Shown piece after piece: positions 53,347 to 62,789 of a DNA stretch of 64,000 bases; the first letter of the stretch is position 1, and every line of letters starts with the position of its first letter. The position numbers and the translations under genes were made by a program. Source of the DNA: Ignavibacteriales bacterium (GTDB taxonomy: Bacteria > Bacteroidota > Ignavibacteria > UBA10030 > UBA6906); assembly GCA_037441705.1 (NCBI GenBank), contig JBBIRR010000001.1, positions 64,001 through 128,000 of the forward strand, written 5' to 3'. The notes under the pieces are model-generated. The model had not been told where the DNA came from. It did not search any database and worked only from the letters and a program-made list of their open reading frames with translations.

Positions 53347-55848
53347 TTAGAACGACACACTCAATCCGAACGAAGGAAAGATGGGAATCCCATAGATCAC
53401 CCGCTCACGCAGCACGCCTTTGTCGTCAATGAAATAGCTGAGCGCTTGCTGATTCTTGCGATAGTACGCGTTCTGGACGTCGAGATAGACGGCCCAGTTC
53501 AGTCCCCACCAAGATGGATACGTGGTGAGCCGGATATCGAGTGTATGATAGAGCTTCAGACGTCCCGAAAGGGCATCACGCTCGTAGTCGACATCAAGGA
53601 TCACCTTGCCTTCTCTGTCCGTTTGAATGACGGCGGTATCCAGGGAGCCGACCCGCGCGACGAGCACGCGGGGCTTCACGCCCAGCGCCTTCGCAAACGG
53701 CCTCCCCGAGCGCAGGGTGAAGCGCACACCCAGTTCCCACTTCTCGGCAAAGCGATAGTTCCCCACAATGTTCATCGCATGCCGCTGATCGAAGAAGAAC
53801 GGCGTCACCACACCGTCCCGATCGCGCTCGGCGAAGGAGAGTGCGTAGCTGATCCAGCCGTTGAACCTGTCGGTCGGGAGCGACGCGATCTTTTGCAGCA
53901 TCACTTCAAACCCATAGGCTCTGCCGGTTGCATCGTTCGTCGGGAAGGAGGTGAGAGAATCCGAGGGAATGCGGACGGGCGGCGTCCACCCGCGCACGGA
54001 GAAGATGCTTTCCGACGTCCGCTGCGAATACCAGCGGCCTCCCTGCAGTTTCTGCGGCACGATGACGTCGGAGAATCGCTTGTAGTATGTTTCCGCTTTG
54101 AATTGCCACGACGCCGTCACCATTCGCTCGATGCCGAGGATGTAGTGCTGGGCTTTTTCGGCAACCAGCGTCCTGAAACTTTCGTCGTCGAATGTGATGC
54201 GCGTCTGGAAGTTTTCCTTCTCCATGCCGGGCGATTGAAAGTACCATCCGTACGCGGCGCGTAGGGTTGTCAGATCGTTCAGCTTGTATGAGAGATTCAA
54301 ACGAGGAGAGAGATAGAGTTTCCTGGACAGGAACGGATAGAAATCCAGGCGCAGGCCCGGCTGAATGAACCATTTGTCGCCGATGGCAATCCGATCCTGC
54401 GCGTAGAGGTTGTACCGATTGTAGCGGACGCTTTCCGTCTGATTGGTCGGCACGACAAACCCGCGCTGTGCGATGAAGTCCTTCAGTGCCTGATCGATCT
54501 CGAAGAAGCGGGTAAAGTCCGTGCGAAGAAAATCAACCCCAACACCCGTTTCTACGGTGTGCCGCTCGAGCGTCCACACAAGCCGATGCTGCAGCGAGAA
54601 TTTCTGGTAGGCGTACGCATAGTCCACGGCAAAGCGAACGAAGCGGAGGCCGAGGGTATCGCCGCGGCCGATGCTGCCGGTGTTCTGGGACGGATCAACG
54701 AATGTTCCATCGAATGCGCCTTCACCCGAGTTGCGGTACCACGAGAGTTGCGTGCTGAGCAGCAGGTCGGTCGAGGGCGTAAATTGCCACGTGGCACCGA
54801 TCATCGAGTTGAATGATTCGTCGAAGACACTCACGCTGTCGGCGCGATCGCGCTCGGCGCCGGAGACTACCGAAGCGCCATCGCGCGAGGTCAGGGCATT
54901 CACGATCAGCCGGTGTGATTCGTTCAGCGGAAGAAGCCCCCGGAACTGCAAATCACGGAAGTTGGGAAGAGCAACGTCGCCTTCGACGAGCTTCGCCTTC
55001 TTGAGAATGGGACCGAGGATCAGATCGTAGTACGTGCGGCGCAGCGAGAGGAGGTACGACGAGCCTTCCCAGGGCAACGCCCCTTCGGCGATCAGATTCA
55101 TGTTGGTGAGACTCAAGTTCAGCTTCGCCGAGAGACCCACGTCGCTGCGCCCATCGCGGTTTTTCACATCAATAACTGCTGACAGACGGTCACCGTATTG
55201 CGCGGCAAAGCCGCCCGTCTGCAGACTGATGTCCCGCACGGTTTCAGGATTGAACATGGAGATGACGCCGTAGAGGCGATACGGGTTGATCACTTCAAAC
55301 CCGTCGATCATGATGAGATTCTGGTCGGGACCGGAGCCGCGCACGACGAGCTGCGAAGAAAAGTCGTTGACGCTGGTGACCCCGGGAAGTGCTTGCAGGC
55401 TGCGCAGCACATCCTCGGCGGCACCGGGGAGGTACTTGGCTTCGCGGGGCGTCATGGTCGTGACGCTGGGTCGAGTGTCTTCGGCGGCCTGCCGTCGGCT
55501 TCCGGTGATCAGAATCTGACTCAGCTCGATTTCGTTTTCGCGCAGCGTTATCTGCACGCGTACGGTATCATCAGCACGCACATGAACGCGCAGCGGCGCC
55601 GTTTGTTCGTAGCCGATGAGCCGCACCTGAAGGTTGTATGTGCCGACCGGAACGTTTGTGAGAACAAACGAGCCGTCCTCTTCCGCCACCGTGCCGAGTT
55701 TCGTGCCTTCCAAAACGATTGCAGCGTTGGCTGCGGCATCCCCCGTCTCCAGCGTCACCTTCCCGGTAACACTTCCGATGGGCTGCTGCGCGAGCAGTCT
55801 TCCGTTGAACACGAACAGCATGAGCAGCACTACCAAAGGCCGAAGCAC
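53347..55848 (-). CDS. TonB-dependent outer-membrane receptor with N-terminal carboxypeptidase-regulatory-like domain
   Basis: Signal peptide; GSVTGKV...GTVAEEDGSF; plug LPGV...VRGSGPDQNLIMIDG, GGFAAQYGDRLS; C-terminal Phe. GTG start at 55848. Confidence 0.92.
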   Translation of the reverse strand: MLRPLVVLLMLFVFNGRLLAQQPIGSVTGKVTLETGDAAANAAIVLEGTKLGTVAEEDGSFVLTNVPVGTYNLQVRLIGYEQTAPLRVHVRADDTVRVQITLRENEIELSQILITGSRRQAAEDTRPSVTTMTPREAKYLPGAAEDVLRSLQALPGVTSVNDFSSQLVVRGSGPDQNLIMIDGFEVINPYRLYGVISMFNPETVRDISLQTGGFAAQYGDRLSAVIDVKNRDGRSDVGLSAKLNLSLTNMNLIAEGALPWEGSSYLLSLRRTYYDLILGPILKKAKLVEGDVALPNFRDLQFRGLLPLNESHRLIVNALTSRDGASVVSGAERDRADSVSVFDESFNSMIGATWQFTPSTDLLLSTQLSWYRNSGEGAFDGTFVDPSQNTGSIGRGDTLGLRFVRFAVDYAYAYQKFSLQHRLVWTLERHTVETGVGVDFLRTDFTRFFEIDQALKDFIAQRGFVVPTNQTESVRYNRYNLYAQDRIAIGDKWFIQPGLRLDFYPFLSRKLYLSPRLNLSYKLNDLTTLRAAYGWYFQSPGMEKENFQTRITFDDESFRTLVAEKAQHYILGIERMVTASWQFKAETYYKRFSDVIVPQKLQGGRWYSQRTSESIFSVRGWTPPVRIPSDSLTSFPTNDATGRAYGFEVMLQKIASLPTDRFNGWISYALSFAERDRDGVVTPFFFDQRHAMNIVGNYRFAEKWELGVRFTLRSGRPFAKALGVKPRVLVARVGSLDTAVIQTDREGKVILDVDYERDALSGRLKLYHTLDIRLTTYPSWWGLNWAVYLDVQNAYYRKNQQALSYFIDDKGVLRERVIYGIPIFPSFGLSVSF

Positions 55849-55899
55849 TTCCTCTCCTCTTCCTGATGATCGTTCGGTCGGGTTCCGTCTTGACCAACA

Positions 55900-55929
55900 C
55901 AATCTAACGAAACTTTTGTTCCGCGCAAA
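55900..55929 (-). promoter_or_regulatory. Putative housekeeping promoter of the TonB-dependent receptor
   Basis: TTTG-N19-TAGATTG with TTTCGT directly upstream of the box. Confidence 0.45.
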
Positions 55930-55966
55930 GGGGATGACGATTGTGTGTGCGGGTGGAGCATCATCG

Positions 55967-57532
55967 TCAGAGACTGATCACGCCAAAGATCATCCACCCA
56001 AAGACAAATAGAACGCCGATTGCTAAGAGCCAGCCCACGATATCCAGCACGACGCCGGCACGCATCATATCTTTCATCTTCACATAGCCCGTTCCGTACA
56101 CGATCGCGTTGGGCGGCGTCGCAACGGGCAGCATGAACGCCAATGACGACGCGATGGCCGCAGCAACGGCAAGTGCCACCGGATTCTCTCCCGTTCGCTG
56201 CGCGATGGAGATCACAACGGGAGCCATCATGGAAATGACCGCCGAGTTGGTGGCGATTTCGGTGAGGAAATCTATGAACAACACGACGGCAAACATCATG
56301 ACCACCGTCGAGGGGGAACCGACCAGCGAAATGAACGACGTTGCGATCCACGACGCGAAGCCGGTCTTGAACATTGCGTCGGAGAGGCCGATGCCTCCAC
56401 CGACGATGGCGAGCGCGCCCCATTCCACGTTGCGCAAATCTTTCCAGTGAAGAAGAAACGTCCGCTCTCGTACGTTGACGGGAATGATGAACAGGAGCAA
56501 TCCCGCGATCAGTCCGGTCGTGTATTCATCCAACCACTTCATGTGTGTGAGAACGCTCGCGGGAAAAAGTTCCGCTCGAAACGGGAGGGTCAACCATAAC
56601 ACCACGGCCAGTGAAAAGACGGCTATGGAACCCTTCTCTCCGCGGGAGAACCTACCGAGACGATGAAACTCATCGAGCAGACGCTTCTTACCTCCTTCGA
56701 ACGCCTCGACTTCCGGAGGAAAGAGTTTGATGAGAACCAACCAGGCAAGGGGAAGGAAGCAGACGACGAGCGGGACGCCGAACTTCAACCAGTCGAGAAA
56801 CGTGATGTGATGATACGAAGGGTCGTGCGCGAAGTGAGCATTGAGGACGCCGACGGCAATCCCGTTGGGCGGTGTGCCGATCAGCGATCCGACGCCGCCG
56901 ATGGACGCGGCCCATGCGATGCCGAGCATGAGCGACGTTCCGTACCGGGATTGGCCCGGTTCAGCACCGATGTACCCGAGAATACCGAGGCTGAGCGGCA
57001 ACATCATGGCGCAGGTTGCCGTGTTCGAAATCCACATGGAGAGGAAAGCACTCACCGCCATCATTCCAAAGAGTGTCGCCCGCGAACTCTCGGCCAGAGC
57101 GCCGCGGGTGAGGAACCACAACGTGATTCGTCGGTCGAGGTGCCAGCGGCGCATGGCGGCCGCGAGGAGAAATCCGCCAAAGAACAGAAGAACCACCGGA
57201 CTGACGTAGTGTCGTGCAACCATCGGCAGGCTGAACTCGACTACACTGCCATTGCTCAGGCCAACAATGCCCAGCGGCGGCACAACGGCCAACGGAAGAA
57301 GCGCCGTCCATGCGAGCGGGATCGCCTCCGTTATCCACCATATCACCATCCACGCCATGAGACCGGCGACGATTTGCATGGAGCGGGCAAACCGCCCTTC
57401 GTCGAGCGCGGCTATCCTGTGCTCGGCAATGAATGCACCCGATGCATCACGAAACGTGTCAAGCGGCGGCGCTGCGATCGCGAGAACGAAGAGGAGAATT
57501 CCGAGGGCAAACCCAAAGCGGCGCAGAGTCAT
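55967..57532 (-). CDS. DASS/SLC13 family sodium:dicarboxylate or sulfate symporter
   Basis: WWITEAIP, LSMWISNTAT, GTPPN, TEIATNSA, AFMLPVATPPNAI. Confidence 0.93.
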   Translation of the reverse strand: MTLRRFGFALGILLFVLAIAAPPLDTFRDASGAFIAEHRIAALDEGRFARSMQIVAGLMAWMVIWWITEAIPLAWTALLPLAVVPPLGIVGLSNGSVVEFSLPMVARHYVSPVVLLFFGGFLLAAAMRRWHLDRRITLWFLTRGALAESSRATLFGMMAVSAFLSMWISNTATCAMMLPLSLGILGYIGAEPGQSRYGTSLMLGIAWAASIGGVGSLIGTPPNGIAVGVLNAHFAHDPSYHHITFLDWLKFGVPLVVCFLPLAWLVLIKLFPPEVEAFEGGKKRLLDEFHRLGRFSRGEKGSIAVFSLAVVLWLTLPFRAELFPASVLTHMKWLDEYTTGLIAGLLLFIIPVNVRERTFLLHWKDLRNVEWGALAIVGGGIGLSDAMFKTGFASWIATSFISLVGSPSTVVMMFAVVLFIDFLTEIATNSAVISMMAPVVISIAQRTGENPVALAVAAAIASSLAFMLPVATPPNAIVYGTGYVKMKDMMRAGVVLDIVGWLLAIGVLFVFGWMIFGVISL

Positions 57533-57576
57533 GATCAGAATTATGGTGATTAACGCGTGACAGAACGATCGGCCGA

Positions 57577-58563
57577 CTACAGCGTCATCGCTTCATCCAA
57601 CACACGCTGGTTTGCAAGTGCATTCTCGGCTGAAAGCAGGGGCTCGCGATCGCTCAGGATACACTCCGAGAAATGAATGATCTCCTCTACATACAAATTC
57701 GGAATCTCGAAGGACTCCGTAATAGCATCCGGCGTGCCGCCGGTGCGCCGTTCGATAAGCAGCTCGCCTCGACGCTCTCCGACCGTGAAATCGAGCGCCG
57801 ATAGCCGCGCTTCCGTTCCGAGAATCTCGATGCGGCTTTCGCGCAGCGGCGATTCATACGAGGAGAAAACCAGGCCGATTGCTCCCTTCGAAAACCGCAG
57901 GAGAAGCTGAGACGTGGTCTCCGTCTTCGTCTCCGTTGGCTTCGGCTCGAGGGTTCCTTTCACCGAGACGACCTCGTCATCCAGAATGAACCGAAGGGTA
58001 TCGAGGCAGTGCACGCCAACGTCAAACGTCGGCCCGCCGCCGGCAAGCGTCCGATCCATCAACCACGATCGAGAGCTGAGTCTGCCATCGTACACAAAGT
58101 CGGCGACGGCGCGAACGACACGTCCGACCGCCCCGCTGTGCACAAGCTCACGCATGCGCCGCACGAGCGGCGAAAGGCGCACCATGTGCCCCACCATCAA
58201 CTTCACGTTGCGCTGCCGGCAGACTTCGATCATCCGCATACACTCGGATGCGTTCATCGCCATCGGTTTCTCACACAACACGTGTTTGCCTGCCTGTGCC
58301 GCAAGCACGGTCTCCTCACAGTGGTTCGCATTGGGAGATGCAATGAAGACGGCATCGACATCGGGATGGGCGACCAACTCCGCAACCGACTCGAACGCAA
58401 GCGGGGCACCACATTGCAGAGCAGACACTCGCGCTTTTGCAAGCGAGCGATTTTGAATCGCCACCAACTCCGCATTGCGCGACCTGCCGATGGCTGGAGC
58501 TATGGCCTTTTCCGCAAACCTACCGAAGCCGACAATACCGTAGCGAACGCGACGCGCTGTCAT
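57577..58563 (-). CDS. Gfo/Idh/MocA family oxidoreductase
   Basis: GIVGFG, DAVFIASPN, KHVLCEKP, GGGPTFDVGVH. Confidence 0.93.
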   Translation of the reverse strand: MTARRVRYGIVGFGRFAEKAIAPAIGRSRNAELVAIQNRSLAKARVSALQCGAPLAFESVAELVAHPDVDAVFIASPNANHCEETVLAAQAGKHVLCEKPMAMNASECMRMIEVCRQRNVKLMVGHMVRLSPLVRRMRELVHSGAVGRVVRAVADFVYDGRLSSRSWLMDRTLAGGGPTFDVGVHCLDTLRFILDDEVVSVKGTLEPKPTETKTETTSQLLLRFSKGAIGLVFSSYESPLRESRIEILGTEARLSALDFTVGERRGELLIERRTGGTPDAITESFEIPNLYVEEIIHFSECILSDREPLLSAENALANQRVLDEAMTL

Positions 58564-59357
58564 CGTTCAATCACGACTTCATCACCGACATGAAGCGTTC
58601 CGGTCGCCGCATGCAGCAGGTTCTGTCCAAACATCACCTTGTTGCCGACCGAGCGAAACGTTGCAAGCGTGCGCAGCGGTTCTTCGCCTGTTTGTGCCGT
58701 GTGCGTATCCACTGACGTCACAACACACCGGGCGCAGGGCTTCACGACCCGAAGCGGGACGGTGCCGATGCGGACTTGCTTCCAGGTGTCCTCAGCAAAG
58801 GGCGTGCAGCCGTCCACGACCAGATTCGGCCTGAACCGCTTCATCGGCAGAGGCGTTGCAAGACGGGCGTTGAGATCGTCCAACGACGGTTGAGAGATAA
58901 GCAGCAGCGGAAAGGCGTCGGCGAAACTCACCACCTCGCCGTTGCGAGCGTAACGCGTATCAACCCGTCGGATCGAGTTTTCCGTCATTGCAACGAGCGA
59001 ACAACGGATGCCGAGCAGCGTGCTGAACCACTCTGCCGCTGTTTTTCCGGCGGAAACGGCCTTGACGGTATCGCTCCACACCTGAACCGAGACGTGATCG
59101 TCTGATGGCGTCTCCAACGGCACAAGTAATGGAGACATTCCCGGCGCTTCCACATGCAGACGATCGGAAAGAAGTCGAACAGCAATCAACGTCATGCGCG
59201 GGAACTCGCGCTGCGTTACGAACCGACCCTGTTCATCCACCACCATCCAGTGCCGGTCATACCGAAGGCCACGCGCCTCAAGCTCCGCAGACGCTCGCTC
59301 AATTCCTCCGCAGCTCTTGATGGGATAAATCGTGATTGCGGAAAGTGTTATGCTCAT
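58560..59357 (-). CDS. MOSC domain protein (YcbX/mARC-like)
   Basis: IYPIKSC, DRHWMVV, FADAFPLL, RFRPNLVV, PCARC, FGQN. Start at ATG 59357; TTG-N20-TATATTG at 59391-59420. Confidence 0.92.
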   Translation of the reverse strand: MSITLSAITIYPIKSCGGIERASAELEARGLRYDRHWMVVDEQGRFVTQREFPRMTLIAVRLLSDRLHVEAPGMSPLLVPLETPSDDHVSVQVWSDTVKAVSAGKTAAEWFSTLLGIRCSLVAMTENSIRRVDTRYARNGEVVSFADAFPLLLISQPSLDDLNARLATPLPMKRFRPNLVVDGCTPFAEDTWKQVRIGTVPLRVVKPCARCVVTSVDTHTAQTGEEPLRTLATFRSVGNKVMFGQNLLHAATGTLHVGDEVVIER

Positions 59358-59470
59358 CGAAAGGAGTGACTCGAATGGTGTAACCTGCTGCAATATATCG
59401 TATTCCTATCTCAGTCTCAATGAATCGAGCGCAAGAGGTTGCATCCGCAAAGCGGTGGTATCATCGATAA

Positions 59471-59617
59471 GCTTCGAGGTTCGGCGTTTGAGGTTGGAGG
59501 TTCAGGGTTCAGGGTTCAAGGTTCAGGATTCACGGTACATAAGCGTGCGGAGGCGCGGGTGACGATGTTCAATCGCGGATGTAGGATGCGGTTTTGGGGT
59601 TTGAGGTTCAGGATGCA
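59471..59617. repeat. Degenerate heptamer tandem repeats (GGTTCAG-like), two tracts
   Basis: 59471-59533: gcttcga ggttcgg cgtttga ggttgga ggttcag ggttcag ggttcaa ggttcag gattcac. A looser tract lies at 59577-59617. Confidence 0.75.
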
Positions 59618-59634
59618 GGTTGATTCTCGATCTG

Positions 59635-59670
59635 GATTCTTCGCCTCTGAAAAACGAGGCTCAGAATGAC
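59635..59670. repeat. REP-like palindromic element GATTCTTCG...GCTCAGAATGAC
   Basis: ATTCT-TC-GCCTC-(8 nt loop)-GAGGC-TC-AGAAT-GAC, an imperfect hairpin with an internal loop. Confidence 0.55.
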
Positions 59671-59697
59671 GAGGGCCGTCGGATTCCCATCGGAACG

Positions 59698-59737
59698 CTC
59701 GCCGGCGGCCTTACGCACTTAACGGGGCCGCGGTGAG
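59698..59737 (-). terminator. GC-rich hairpin just after the hemW stop
   Basis: CTCGCC-(G)-GCGGCC ... GGCCGC-GGTGAG arms, 17 nt from the stop codon; no clear U-tract. Confidence 0.4.
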
Positions 59738-59754
59738 TCGGCGTTCAAGCAGTC

Positions 59755-60888
59755 TCAACAACATTGGCTCATCAACCTCGCGGCGATCTCGTCGCAGAGC
59801 AGGTAGCCTTTGCGTGTCAGGCGAAAGAAACCGCTCTCCACCATCGCTGCACCTTCGTCCATAAGAGAAGCAATGAACGAACGCGAGGAACTTGAATGTT
59901 GCTCAAGAGTCTGCAAGCGCACGCCATCACTCCGCAAACCGAGGAAGATTTCCTCCTCGAGAAGTTGTGTAGCATCCAGGCTCTCCTCCTGGAGGATGGG
60001 AAGCCTGCCGATGTTCAGCGCCGTGCAGTAGTGTGAGAGGTTCGGGAGGTTCCACCAGCGTCGTGCCGTTGCGCGCTCCTGTCTCCAGAACGAATGCGCC
60101 GACGGCCCGAAGCCAAGATAGTTGCTGTGGCGCCAGTAGTTGTAATTGTGGCGGGATCGAAATCCGGGCCGTGCGTAATTGGAGACTTCGTACTGCTCGA
60201 AGCCGTGCGCTTCAAGAAACGCCATTGTGAACTCGTAGAACTCCGCTTCTTCTTCCGGCGGTTTGGGAGAGACGAGACGCGCTCGCACCATCCGCGCAAG
60301 AGGAGTCCCATCTTCCACAATCAACCCATAAGCAGAAATGTGGTTGGGCTGGAGAGCGATCGCCTTCCGGAGTGTCTCTTCCCACCGCGCAACTGTCTGT
60401 CCCGGCAGCGCATAGATCAGGTCAATGCTGACGTTATCGAATCCTGCCTGCCTCGCCAGCTCGATGCACTGCATCGCCTGCGACGAAGTATGTATGCGTG
60501 TGAGAAACCTCAGCTCATCCTCGTGGAGCGACTGCACGCCGATGCTGAGCCGATTGATGCCGAGCGCGCGGTACGCTTCAAGCTTCTCCTTCGTCACCGT
60601 GCCGGGATTGGTCTCGACGGTGACTTCGGCACCCTGCTGGATGGAGAATGTTTTGTGCAGATGGCTGAGGATGCCCTCAAGCTGAAGCGGCGAGAGCAGG
60701 GAAGGTGTCCCGCCTCCGAAGAAGACCGTCTCGAACGTCTCTCTCACGGCGTAATCCGCATAGAGATTGATCTCGCGATGAAGTGCCGCAAGAAAATCCT
60801 CCATCGAGGAGAGATGCTCGATGGAGTAGAAGTCACAGTACAGACACTTCTTCTCACAGAAGGGAATATGGAAATAGAGTGATGCCAC
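59755..60888 (-). CDS. hemW: Radical SAM heme chaperone HemW
   Basis: LYFHIPFCEKKCLYCDF, FGGGTPS, YEVSNYA, RHNYNYW, GFGPSAH. Confidence 0.93.
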   Translation of the reverse strand: MASLYFHIPFCEKKCLYCDFYSIEHLSSMEDFLAALHREINLYADYAVRETFETVFFGGGTPSLLSPLQLEGILSHLHKTFSIQQGAEVTVETNPGTVTKEKLEAYRALGINRLSIGVQSLHEDELRFLTRIHTSSQAMQCIELARQAGFDNVSIDLIYALPGQTVARWEETLRKAIALQPNHISAYGLIVEDGTPLARMVRARLVSPKPPEEEAEFYEFTMAFLEAHGFEQYEVSNYARPGFRSRHNYNYWRHSNYLGFGPSAHSFWRQERATARRWWNLPNLSHYCTALNIGRLPILQEESLDATQLLEEEIFLGLRSDGVRLQTLEQHSSSSRSFIASLMDEGAAMVESGFFRLTRKGYLLCDEIAARLMSQCC

Positions 60889-60914
60889 GAAGACTCTCGT
60901 TCACGATTCAGAAT

Positions 60915-61808
60915 TCATCGGATGATCGTCCCAATCCTCTCCCAACGAATGTGGTTGAATCCCTGGCGTGCTTCATCTTCCTCCCACGACCAATAAATCA
61001 GCATCGCTTTGCCGATGATCAAATCCTCAGGGACGAATCCCCAGAAACGGCTGTCCAGGGAATTATCCCGACTATCTCCCATCACAAAATAGTAGTCGCC
61101 GGCAATGACATACGAACGCTGCGGCCTTCCATCAATCATCACCGTTCCCGTGCTGTCCAGCCCGATGGTGTGCCCTTCAAAGGCGATGATGTCTTTGTAG
61201 AGAAAGAACGTTGTGCTGGAGAGTTGCACCGTGTCGCCTCGCTTAGGAAGAACGACGGGGCCGTACTGGTCTTCATTGAAGTTCGATCCTTTCGGAAACA
61301 CGCGCGGATCGCCAAAGCCGCGTGGAAGCAGATGGCGTTCACTCAATCGAATGCTCGAGACGACAAGCTCCTCGCCGTTCACGTACACGCGTCTGTTTCG
61401 GATCACCAACGTATCGCCGGGCAGCGCAATGCAGCGCTTCACGTAGCGTTCATCCTTATTGCTGTAGGCATCTCGCGCGTACGGAGGAAGCTCGAAGACA
61501 AGAACGTCTCCGCGGCGCGGGGCAACAAGCCGGGGCAAGCGGATTCTCGGAAGGGCGATCGCGGTAAAGGGAACCGTCGAAGGCGTGCGGACTCCGTAGA
61601 TGAATTTGTTCACAAGCAAGAAGTCCCCGGCCTTCAACGTGTTTTCCATGGAAGCTGTCGGGATGCGGAACGCTTCGACGACGCACGCTTTCAGCAGCAG
61701 CGCGACAAGAACCGTGACAAACAGAATCTGCGCGTAATCGCGAAGGCCCAACGTTCTGGAAGCCGGTCGCGCCTCAACGACAGTGTCCGTTGCAGCATCG
61801 CCGTTCAT
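60915..61808 (-). CDS. lepB: Signal peptidase I (copy 2)
   Basis: IPTASMENTL, YVKRC, MGDSRDNSLDSRFWG. Confidence 0.94.
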   Translation of the reverse strand: MNGDAATDTVVEARPASRTLGLRDYAQILFVTVLVALLLKACVVEAFRIPTASMENTLKAGDFLLVNKFIYGVRTPSTVPFTAIALPRIRLPRLVAPRRGDVLVFELPPYARDAYSNKDERYVKRCIALPGDTLVIRNRRVYVNGEELVVSSIRLSERHLLPRGFGDPRVFPKGSNFNEDQYGPVVLPKRGDTVQLSSTTFFLYKDIIAFEGHTIGLDSTGTVMIDGRPQRSYVIAGDYYFVMGDSRDNSLDSRFWGFVPEDLIIGKAMLIYWSWEEDEARQGFNHIRWERIGTIIR

Positions 61809-61810
61809 TG

Positions 61811-62734
61811 TTACCTGATAATCGTCCCGATGCGATGAAAGCGGATGGATTTGATTTTATTGAACGGATCGCTGAACAGCGAAATGTCGGGGTCCCACGA
61901 CCAGTACACGATGAGCGGCGTTCCGACGATATCGTTCTTGGGAATGAAACCCCAGAAGCGACCGTCGAGACTGTTGTCTCGATTGTCGCCCATGCCGAAG
62001 ACGTAATCTCGTTCGACGACGTAGCGCTGCGTGGGCACACCGTCGATCGTAATGCGCCCCTGGGCATCAATCGCCACGCGATGACCCTCTCGCTCGATAA
62101 AGGTTTTCCATCGGTCGAGCGTTTCAAGAGAGAGCGTCACGATATCCCCCTTTTTAGGAACGACAACGGGTCCCCAGTTATCCTCGTTGTAGGGCGCGCC
62201 CTTCGGAAAGATGCGCGGATCGGCAAGCCCGTGCGGCATGATGCGCGGACTGTTGAACTTGACGTTCCGCGGGAACGGCATCTCCTTGCCGTTGACATAG
62301 ACGCGCCGCTCGCGAATCTCGACCGTGTCGCCCGCAAGGGCAATGCAGCGTTTCAGATAGAACATGAACTCCGGCGATCGCACCTCATCACGCTGTCCCG
62401 GAAACTCGAAGACAATCACGTCGCCGCGTTCAACGTCGCGCCACTTCAGAAACGGAAGAACATCGGTAACACGAAACCACGGAATGCGAATGTTGGTCAG
62501 GGGAATGGTGCGCGGCGTGCTTCCTCCATAAATAAATTTGTTGACGAACAGGAAGTCGCCGGCCATGATTTCGTTCTCCATCGAGCCGGTCGGCACTTCG
62601 AACGCTGCCAGCACCATACTGTTGAGAACGAGAAACGCGCCAACGACGAACACGACGTCCTTGATGAAGTCCTTCACCGGCTGCTTCTTCACCGGCGCGC
62701 TCGGAATCGCTTTTGTTGCTGAGTCTTTGGCCAT
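61811..62734 (-). CDS. lepB: Signal peptidase I (copy 1)
   Basis: VPTGSMENE, YLKRC, MGDNRDNSLDGRFWG. Confidence 0.95.
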   Translation of the reverse strand: MAKDSATKAIPSAPVKKQPVKDFIKDVVFVVGAFLVLNSMVLAAFEVPTGSMENEIMAGDFLFVNKFIYGGSTPRTIPLTNIRIPWFRVTDVLPFLKWRDVERGDVIVFEFPGQRDEVRSPEFMFYLKRCIALAGDTVEIRERRVYVNGKEMPFPRNVKFNSPRIMPHGLADPRIFPKGAPYNEDNWGPVVVPKKGDIVTLSLETLDRWKTFIEREGHRVAIDAQGRITIDGVPTQRYVVERDYVFGMGDNRDNSLDGRFWGFIPKNDIVGTPLIVYWSWDPDISLFSDPFNKIKSIRFHRIGTIIR

Positions 62735-62789
62735 GCTTGGCTCCTTTTGGTTCTGAAATACGACTTCTGCCCTCGGACCGTTTTCTTGC

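Noticed and set aside
59471-59617. CRISPR array or small coding genes in the repeat tract
   Set aside because: Units are 7 bp with no spacers and no cas genes nearby. The short ORFs are translations of the heptamer.
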